Assembly (NCBI GenBank): GCA_964014485.1
Contig: CAXHAT010000021.1
Span: 1 to 56,251, forward strand
Source of the DNA: an uncultured Deferribacteres bacterium
GTDB lineage: Bacteria; Zhuqueibacterota; Zhuqueibacteria; Zhuqueibacterales; Geothermadaptataceae
Reading direction: 5' to 3'
DNA length: 56,251 nt
A program made the translations under genes and the position numbers. Shown here piece by piece: positions 49,474 through 56,251 of the stretch (its first letter is position 1; each line of letters starts with the position of its first letter). The notes under the pieces were generated by a model. The model was not told the origin of the DNA. It made no database searches and saw only the letters and a program-made list of their open reading frames with translations.

Positions 49474-49678
49474 TTTTTTCTCCTTTGGAAGATTGTTCAG
49501 GAATTTATTAAACAGAGCTGTCGAAATTTGGACAAATATCCTGGCGGACCTCGCATGCTTCTCATCACGTTTTCCTTGAATAAGTTTTTTTATGCTGCTT
49601 CAGAGACAAAGCTCGAGAGACAAATAGAAACCGGAAAGCTTGAGGCGAAAAGGCGGGAAAGTAAGTGAGATTAGCGAC

Positions 49679-49780
49679 TTGACTGGAAACCAATAGTTGA
49701 ATGCGTTGTGAGAAGTTGCCAGGCCTTTTACACCTTTATAGCCCGCCGCAAGTTGCCGCTGACGACGGGTTTCTGGTTTT
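49679..49780 (+). ncRNA. Putative small RNA element, copy B (degenerate promoter)
   Basis: TTGACT, then ATGCGTTGTGAGA...TTTTACA hairpin and GCCCGCCG..AGTTGCCGCT..GACGGGT hairpin with T-rich tail; homologous to 52670-52782. Confidence 0.45.
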
Positions 49781-49886
49781 CTATAATTGTGTGACTGTTA
49801 GATCATCATTTTTTCGATTCCTTTTTGCGACTGATATCAAGATTGAAACACTGAAAGGGCATGATGCGGCGGAATTACGCTCCAAA

Positions 49887-52163
49887 TCATTTCGTGAAAG
49901 CCATTTTTTTCATATCTCGATAGTCGCCTGCTTGCATAACGTAGATGTAAATTCCGGTTGATAAGATTCGATCCGCTGCGTCGCGGCCGTTCCAAACCGC
50001 GCGGTGTTTGCCCGCTGGTTTGATGTCATCGACGAGGGTTCTGACTTCCTGACCGAGTGAGTTATAAATCTTCAGCGTCACGTGCGTCTGGCTCGGTAGG
50101 GCAAAATGAATCGTTGTTTCCGGGTTGAAAGGATTCGGATAGTTTTGCTCGAGAGTAAAACTAACTGGTAATGCTTCACCGACGGAAAGTTCGGCGTTTT
50201 CAGCATTAGCCAAAAGGTTTTGCTTCGGCAGCGGCGTTGTCGAAGCATGCGAGTAGAATTCGGCGAATTTGCTGGTCGAAATGCTTCGTGCGCAAATCGT
50301 TCCCTTGAAAACGACATGTTTCGAAAGGCTGACTTCGGCGTGCGGCGCCACAATGCTCCCCAGAAATCTCGAGCTCGTGCGAATTTTGACATCGCTGTCA
50401 TCAAGGCAATTGATCGCAAACATTTTTGAGCCTTGCTCGCCTGACGGCAGAATCACAGTCTCGACGCCGCGCTCAAAGGAAACCTCGCCGACAACATTGA
50501 TTTTCACCGCCCCGTTCGTGACGTCGGCGATGATTTTGCTGTACTTATCAACGATGAAGCTGTTGAAATAGTAGACGCCGCGGCTCAGGTAAATTGTGCT
50601 GAATTTGCCGGTTTCGAGATCGCCATAAGAATCCGGCGCGAGTATGACGCTTTCCTTGCTGTCGATGTTTACGTCCTCGCCGTCGACTGTAAAATCAGGA
50701 TTAGGTAGCGAAAAAGGCGCAATCTCTACATTCTCCCGAATTTCGCCGAATATACGGTTCTTGCCTTCAATCTTCCCTTCGACGATTGCGTCGCCGTAAA
50801 TTTTGTTGCCTGAGTTAACGTCGATATTCTCGGCTGTAAGCTTACCCGTGTGAATGCTTTCATTGCCGTCGTCGAACTCAATATCGCCGTTTGAAATAAT
50901 GTCGCCTTCCGAATAAGTTCGCCGCTCGATTTCGACCTTTTCTTCCGCAAGAAATACCAGGTTTGGCGGCAAGGTCGGCGTTTTGAAAGCTTTGTTGACA
51001 AAGTCGAGAGAAATCCTTAGACGATCAAACCTTAGATCATGACGGCCTGAAAATGTTTGAAAAGCATGTTTGATCCCTAGCGCATTTAGCGTATCTGAAA
51101 AAGCGGTGTTTAGAGGAAAGATTCCCAGTTCATCGAATCGCCCAATATCTATGTAGAGCGCCAAGTCTGGATGCGTCGGCAGTGTTTTCGCTATCCTGGC
51201 CGGATTGTGAACAAGCCACCGCTCAAAAACTTCGGGAACGATCTCACCTTGTTTATCTAGAGGAAAATCAACAGGCAGAATAAAATTTGCGGAAGGATTC
51301 GGGGTGAAAGCGCCCGCCATCATGTGCGCCAAAACTGTCAAAAGATCGTACCTTAAAGGGTTTAAACTTTTCACCGGGAAATAGTTATAAGGCGGACCGT
51401 TATTCGCTCGCTTAATTCTAGGAATAAGCAACGGGAGTTGACTTAAATCAAGAGGACCGCTGTGAGAAACCGCGCCGAGAAAAACGTCCGAGTGCTTCAA
51501 CGCCAGCTTCATTGCGCCATAGCCGCCCATAGAATGTCCCATGATGAATCGTCCTTCCCGACCGGAAATCGTATTATACCGGCTATCTATGAAATCGACT
51601 ATTTCATGGACGATGAAATCTTCAAAGTTACCGTACAATTCAGAGTTAGTGTAAAACGATCCTACATTGAGGTTTACAAAACTCCCGAGAAAGGGGTTGA
51701 TCTCACTCAGCGGCACCCCTCCATCGGGAAACACGACGATGACGGGATCGATTTTACCCTGCAGAATTAACTCGTCCAAAACCGGCCTGACTTTCGGAAC
51801 GTAAGACGAGTCATCTCCGGCTGCACCGTGCAAAAAGTAGATAACAGGAAGCGTTTTTTTCTCGAGATCGCAATTATCGTATTTCCCGCATGGAAAATAG
51901 ACGCGCATTTTGCGTTGTTGCCCTACAGCCTCACTGTAAAATTGGATGCTGTCGATGCGGCTAACCAGATTCGGTTCGAAGCTATGAATGACTGGAAAGC
52001 GATCTCCCCTGCTCGAAGAGTCATTGTACAAAAAATCCCGAGTGACGTGAACGATGCTTGTCCCTAAATCTTGCATCCGAAGCATATTGTGTTTGGCCCC
52101 GGATTGAGCGTTTGCGAAAACCGCGGAAAACAGAACCACGATTAGAATGACAAGACGTTTCAT
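49887..52163 (-). CDS. Secreted alpha/beta-hydrolase (esterase) with beta-rich domain and FlgD-Ig/T9SS-type C-terminal domain
   Basis: AAGGAGG RBS; signal peptide ANA-Q; YFLHG, GHSMGGYGA nucleophile elbow, G.H; LEQNYPNPFNPETTI. Confidence 0.88.
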   Translation of the reverse strand: MKRLVILIVVLFSAVFANAQSGAKHNMLRMQDLGTSIVHVTRDFLYNDSSSRGDRFPVIHSFEPNLVSRIDSIQFYSEAVGQQRKMRVYFPCGKYDNCDLEKKTLPVIYFLHGAAGDDSSYVPKVRPVLDELILQGKIDPVIVVFPDGGVPLSEINPFLGSFVNLNVGSFYTNSELYGNFEDFIVHEIVDFIDSRYNTISGREGRFIMGHSMGGYGAMKLALKHSDVFLGAVSHSGPLDLSQLPLLIPRIKRANNGPPYNYFPVKSLNPLRYDLLTVLAHMMAGAFTPNPSANFILPVDFPLDKQGEIVPEVFERWLVHNPARIAKTLPTHPDLALYIDIGRFDELGIFPLNTAFSDTLNALGIKHAFQTFSGRHDLRFDRLRISLDFVNKAFKTPTLPPNLVFLAEEKVEIERRTYSEGDIISNGDIEFDDGNESIHTGKLTAENIDVNSGNKIYGDAIVEGKIEGKNRIFGEIRENVEIAPFSLPNPDFTVDGEDVNIDSKESVILAPDSYGDLETGKFSTIYLSRGVYYFNSFIVDKYSKIIADVTNGAVKINVVGEVSFERGVETVILPSGEQGSKMFAINCLDDSDVKIRTSSRFLGSIVAPHAEVSLSKHVVFKGTICARSISTSKFAEFYSHASTTPLPKQNLLANAENAELSVGEALPVSFTLEQNYPNPFNPETTIHFALPSQTHVTLKIYNSLGQEVRTLVDDIKPAGKHRAVWNGRDAADRILSTGIYIYVMQAGDYRDMKKMAFTK

Positions 52164-52314
52164 AAGAACCTCCTTCAGTTAAATGAGCATAACGGATTTT
52201 ACAGCCATATCGCGAGAGGTTGGTCCCGTCGCGAAAGTGAGCTTTTGGTTGTTCCCTGAAGGCAAGAGGCGTGAAAATCATGCGCTGGATGTAATGACGG
52301 GCGGGGAAGGCGAT

Positions 52315-52390
52315 TTGTGTTGTGAGAAGCCGCCCGGCCTTTTGCATTAACAAACCGCCGGAGCTGCCTTCCCCGGAGATTGTTTTTGTT
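52315..52390 (+). ncRNA. Putative small RNA element, copy C (most diverged)
   Basis: TGTTGTGAGAAGCCGCCCGGCCTTTTGCA hairpin, then CCGCCGGAGCTGCC..CCGG and a T-run. Confidence 0.35.
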
Positions 52391-52397
52391 CGACAAA

Positions 52398-52493
52398 CTA
52401 AAGCACTTCTCTCAAGCTCAAAATCAGCACCAGCCCCAGAATCCCGAAGAGCATCAACGTAAAACAGAAAAGAAATGATTTCCGTGCATTCAT
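52398..52493 (-). CDS. 31-aa single-helix membrane peptide
   Basis: Below the ORF-track cutoff; AAGGAG 6 nt before ATG; MNARKSFLFCFTLMLFGILGLVLILSLREVL*. Confidence 0.55.
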   Translation of the reverse strand: MNARKSFLFCFTLMLFGILGLVLILSLREVL

Positions 52494-52669
52494 TTTGATC
52501 TCCTTATACATCGCGTTCACAAATGAATGATGCTGGTTGTCAATTTGGCTGCAGTTCAACTTTGGTTATATAGATAAGCGAAATTGGATAATCATACATT
52601 TGGATTTTTTGTTTGAAGGGTAGATGTACTCACGTGAGGAGAGACGGGACGGCGGGAAGCAGAAACGAC

Positions 52670-52782
52670 TTGACTCGAAACGAATCGTCGAATATCTTGC
52701 GGATGCGTTGTGAGAGGCCGTCCGGTCTTTTACATCTTTTGGGCCCGCCGCGAGTTGCCGCTCGTGACGGGCCTTTTGTTTT
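52670..52782 (+). ncRNA. Putative ~80-nt small RNA with its own sigma70 promoter and terminator, copy A
   Basis: TTGACT(52670)-17 nt-TATCTT(52693); hairpin TGTGAGAGGCC/GGTCTTTTACA; hairpin GGCCCGCCGCGAG-TTGCCG-CTCGTGACGGGCC followed by TTTTGTTTT. Confidence 0.55.
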
Positions 52783-52785
52783 CAA

Positions 52786-53508
52786 TTAAGCCATTTGCCT
52801 GATCTCGAAGCCTTCAATCAAGATTTTATACTTGCCGGTGATAAGATTACCAAAGACCGCTCTACCGTTTTCATCACTTACCACTGCATGCAATTCCTCA
52901 TCTTTGGGAGAAAAAATTTTCACTACACGCCCCGGCCCGCCGGCGTCGATTTCCAGAATACTCTCCGTCACCTCGATTTCAACGGCGCCAAAGAGCTGTT
53001 CGCTGAGCATCTGGAAAGCAAACTTCGGTATCGGCTCGAGCAAAGGTCGTAATTTTTGAACCGCCGCTTTAATCTTTTCTGAAAGCGAAGACGCTCCCGA
53101 TGCAGACCGCTTGGCCTTTTGGCGCCCGGCAAGCAGCGCGTCGATTTTTGCGTGCAAAGTCGGCGGGACCGGCTCTTCGGAAGCTTCCAGTTTTTCAAAG
53201 GGGAGCGGCTCTTTTAATTCCTCCCAAACGCGTTTGCATTCCGGGTCTTCTTCGAGCAGCTTTTCGAATTTGATTTCGTTCAGCGAAGTGACTTTACCGT
53301 CGATAAAATCCAGCATGTGCTCATAAATGGCAATGCGTTCCTGCCTGTTTTGCCGCAAGTCGTCATCGACGGCTTCTTTGAGTTTTCGCGCCTGCTCTTG
53401 CGCTTCGGGAGAGGCTTGAATTTCCTTTGCGAGCGCTTTTTTCTCATCTTCGGAAAGATACTTGTCGAAGATGTGTAAAACGATTTTTTCAGTTGCTATT
53501 CCGCTCAA
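52786..53508 (-). CDS. Putative anti-sigma-factor-like protein, no obvious TM helix
   Basis: TTG 53508 with AGGAGG, overlapping the sigma stop (TTGA); anti-sigma-like helical segments (LDFIDGKVT...FEKLLEEDPEC...L) and a C-terminal beta domain SDENGRAVFGNLITGKYKI. Confidence 0.6.
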   Translation of the reverse strand: MSGIATEKIVLHIFDKYLSEDEKKALAKEIQASPEAQEQARKLKEAVDDDLRQNRQERIAIYEHMLDFIDGKVTSLNEIKFEKLLEEDPECKRVWEELKEPLPFEKLEASEEPVPPTLHAKIDALLAGRQKAKRSASGASSLSEKIKAAVQKLRPLLEPIPKFAFQMLSEQLFGAVEIEVTESILEIDAGGPGRVVKIFSPKDEELHAVVSDENGRAVFGNLITGKYKILIEGFEIRQMA

Positions 53509-54110
53509 TTTAAGCCTCCTCGTTTTTGAATGCATTCACGCAGTTCCTTGCGTTTTCGGTGCAGGTTCCCCATTACCATCCCCTCCTTAAATTTCAGATG
53601 CTCCACCATCTGCCTGATCGTCAAGCCTGCCAACCATAAAATCAAAATGGCGCGATGTTTTTTGTTTTTGATTTTTCGCAGACAGTAGCCAACGATTTTT
53701 CGCAGCTCTTTCTCAAATACTTTTTCGTCAGGAGATTCACTTTTCAGATCTTCGAGAAAATCGAGCCATCGTCTCACTTCGTTTTCCGCCAGGCCATGAA
53801 TAAAATCATCGATTGAACCGAAAATGTCTCTTCTCTTTCCAAGCTTTCTCAGAAAATCGATCCATTCTCTGTAGATTGCTTTGCTCAAATATGTCTTGAA
53901 AGATGATTTGAATTGAAACGATAGAAGCGACTTTATCAATCTGCCGCAAATCTTCATCGTTCCGTCCCAGGCGTCCGCTTCTTGCAGACCTTTTCTGCGC
54001 AATGCCCGATAAATATCTTCGTAACAGTCTCTGATCAGGACATCGAGCGCCTCATCGTCGCCGTTTTGGTAAGCGCGAATCAGCTGCTCGGCGTCGTTTT
54101 CGTTTAACAT
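53505..54110 (-). CDS. ECF-type RNA polymerase sigma factor
   Basis: LIRAYQNGDDEAL..L, region 2 F...SSFKTYL..AI....IDFLRK, region 4 HTH GLTIRQM...L....G.V...LHR.RK.LR; start 54110 or 54128. Confidence 0.85.
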   Translation of the reverse strand: MLNENDAEQLIRAYQNGDDEALDVLIRDCYEDIYRALRRKGLQEADAWDGTMKICGRLIKSLLSFQFKSSFKTYLSKAIYREWIDFLRKLGKRRDIFGSIDDFIHGLAENEVRRWLDFLEDLKSESPDEKVFEKELRKIVGYCLRKIKNKKHRAILILWLAGLTIRQMVEHLKFKEGMVMGNLHRKRKELRECIQKRGGLN

Positions 54111-54886
54111 AGTGCATCCCTTTGGCATGGTTCAGACGCAGTGATCATGAACGGGAAGACGCGGCCGGAAGAAGCCCCTGCTGTGATGATGAAGCTCTGC
54201 TTCACCCCTTCCCCTTGCACGCCAATTAAGCCTGTTCAGTTTTTATGCCCAAACTCAAAATGACGGGAATGCAAAATGTTAAACTCACGCGTTGTTGAGT
54301 CTGCAAATTTTTCAGACGCGGCAAATCCGTTTTTCATACATTTTTTTGGTGATTTTCAAAAATATTGTCCGATGATTTTTCTTTTCAACCTTGAAGCTGT
54401 TGGCCAAGAGCTAAAAGCGAATAGCCAACGGCTTCTCGAAACTCGGCTGAATAATTTCCCAAGCGCTGAATATGCTCATTGGACAGTCCCCAAAAAAACT
54501 GCCAATATTTTCGGCTTGAACGGCAATAATAATGTGCAGGCCGGAATTTTTAAAAAATGTATGAAAATCCCGATAGCGTCGTCTAAAAAGGCAGGCAGCA
54601 AAATGAAGGTCACACGATTTTCCGCCGCCTCGGAAAGGCGTTAGTCGTCCGCGGCTTGCAAAAACCGAAGTTTTTGGCAGATTGATACCGGGGCCTGCTC
54701 CACTGATCACTCAGCCAAATTCAACCTGAGATTACATTTTCATATTCACGCGGAAAGCGTATAAGCCGCTCTCCGCTCTATCGCCGGTTTCTCGGTGAAA
54801 TTTTTATATCGTTCGATGTTGATCAAACCTTCAGCCCGTCGAACAATGAAGAAAGCGAAGTTGACGATGATCACGGAGATGCTGAA

Positions 54887-56215
54887 ATGAAACCGACGAT
54901 CCGTTTTTCAATACTTTTCAGTGTTTTGCTGAACCACGCGTTCTTACGACCGGCGCAGTCTCAAAATCAGAATCCACTGATACCTGTATTAATGGACTTC
55001 GAAGCAAGTAGTGATCGGATTCCAGGAAACTTGCATCGGGATTCTCATGTTGCAACTTCTAAAAATAATTTCATGATCGTTTGGTCCGACAAGCGAAATG
55101 GCCACGCAGATATTTTTGGAAGACTTTATAGCAACGGCGTTGCGGCTAGTTCAAATATCAGAGTCAATGATGTTTTTAATGGGAAGCAAGAGTCCCCGGT
55201 TATTGCCGCGCGGGGAGAGAATTACGTCTTTGCTTGGGTTGATATACAGGAAGATGGGGACGCCGATATTTATGGTAAAATATTTGGCAACGGAAATGAT
55301 TTTAAAATTAGTCAAGCGCCCTTGGGTTCTCAGCAAACCTTTCCAGCGATTACGGCAAATACAAGAGGCGAGTTTATTGTCGCGTGGCAAGACGATAGAA
55401 ATGGAAATAATGACATTTACGGACAGCGGTTTGATTCGACTGGGACTGCACATGGAGGAAATTTTGAGGTCAACGACGATCAACAAGGCGCAGAGCAAAC
55501 AACGCCCGTGATTTCGATGAACAATCGAGGCGAATTTGTTATTGCCTGGATTGACGAACGAGACGGCGGGAAACAACTGTTTGCTCAAATGTACGATTCT
55601 TCCGGTGATACGCTAAGGCAAAACTTCAAAATAAAAGTCGATTCGGAGAACGATTTTATCGTTTCCCCGGATATCGCTCTAGACGACAACGGGCGTTTCG
55701 TAGTGGTTTGGGAAGAAGTTTCAGATGTCAGCATAATTGTTGGTCAGCTCTACGGTTCCAACGGACAACCTTTGGGTGATAACTTCATCATCGGCTCTGA
55801 TATTCCTGAACCTGAGCGTTATAAACCTAGGGTTACGATGCAGCAGGACGGGAGCGCCGTTATTGTTTGGTGGGAAACAACTGCAGGACGATCAGGCATT
55901 TGGGGGCAACGCTATGCTGTTGATGGGGATTTCATGGGCGATGAGATCGATATTTTTGAATCATCAGGCAGTTATGCTTCCACAGACGGGTTGGACGCGG
56001 CAATTAATGCCAATAATGAAATTATGATCGCTTGGACCGACCGAAATACTCCTGAAGAAAGCTTGTTTGGCCAATTATTAGATCCATCGAATGTCCCAAT
56101 TGGAAATTCGTTCAAAGTAAACCGTATTCCCCAAGGAAGACCGACAATTGGCGTACAGGATTCTAACAAATTTATAATTGTATGGGAAGACGGGCGTAAT
56201 AACCTTTGGTGCTAG
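54887..56215 (+). CDS. Secreted repeat protein (VND...Q..P.I repeats like the N-terminus of 7368..12971), apparently C-terminally truncated
   Basis: GGAG RBS; signal peptide; repeats F(I/V)(V/I)AW.D.R.G..DIYGQ.F...G...G.NF.VN; stops mid-repeat at WEDGRNNLWC*. Confidence 0.75.
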   Translation: MKPTIRFSILFSVLLNHAFLRPAQSQNQNPLIPVLMDFEASSDRIPGNLHRDSHVATSKNNFMIVWSDKRNGHADIFGRLYSNGVAASSNIRVNDVFNGKQESPVIAARGENYVFAWVDIQEDGDADIYGKIFGNGNDFKISQAPLGSQQTFPAITANTRGEFIVAWQDDRNGNNDIYGQRFDSTGTAHGGNFEVNDDQQGAEQTTPVISMNNRGEFVIAWIDERDGGKQLFAQMYDSSGDTLRQNFKIKVDSENDFIVSPDIALDDNGRFVVVWEEVSDVSIIVGQLYGSNGQPLGDNFIIGSDIPEPERYKPRVTMQQDGSAVIVWWETTAGRSGIWGQRYAVDGDFMGDEIDIFESSGSYASTDGLDAAINANNEIMIAWTDRNTPEESLFGQLLDPSNVPIGNSFKVNRIPQGRPTIGVQDSNKFIIVWEDGRNNLWC

Positions 56216-56251
56216 TCATATTTTTGTTTGAGAATAATGCCCAACTCTGGT

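Noticed and set aside
54276..54710. ORFs 54276..54644 and 54411..54710
   Set aside because: Overlapping on opposite strands with no RBS or recognisable features; more likely a regulatory intergenic region.

Overview
Bacterial chromosomal window, most likely from an FCB-superphylum lineage such as KSB1/Calditrichota. This is inferred from three secreted proteins ending in the QNYPNPFNP..T.I.F FlgD-Ig/T9SS-type sorting domain and from the gene content. Left to right: (1) a 3'-truncated TMTC-like membrane glycosyltransferase. (2) An operon of three paralogous signal-peptide-bearing fibre proteins, each with Gly-rich and YadA-head-like repeats and a peptidase-S74-type intramolecular chaperone, coupled to an 1867-aa secreted protein with 13 tandem 83-aa Ig-like repeats. 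(3) A TonB-dependent receptor. (4) A toxin-antitoxin cluster: ParDE, an uncharacterised gene pair, MazF plus partner, and HigBA flanked by a duplicated small gene. (5) A hybrid sensor kinase/AraC regulator, a GT2, a nonsense-interrupted HExxH protein, and a CX4CH cytochrome lipoprotein plus a cytochrome-barrel fusion. (6) Core genes arcC, sucCD, ndk, yceD-rpmF-plsX-fabHDG-acpP-fabF-rnc-yigZ and initiator tRNA-Met. (7) An accessory block after the tRNA: an FG-GAP/cohesin/dockerin-like protein, an esterase, a 31-aa membrane peptide, an ECF sigma with putative anti-sigma, and a truncated repeat protein. This block also holds three copies of an unannotated two-hairpin element that looks like a promoter-driven small RNA. 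Several REP/MITE-like and heptamer-repeat palindromes occur, some in frame inside genes. No CRISPR array, rRNA or intact transposase/integrase was seen. All family calls come from motif recognition by eye, not database searches.
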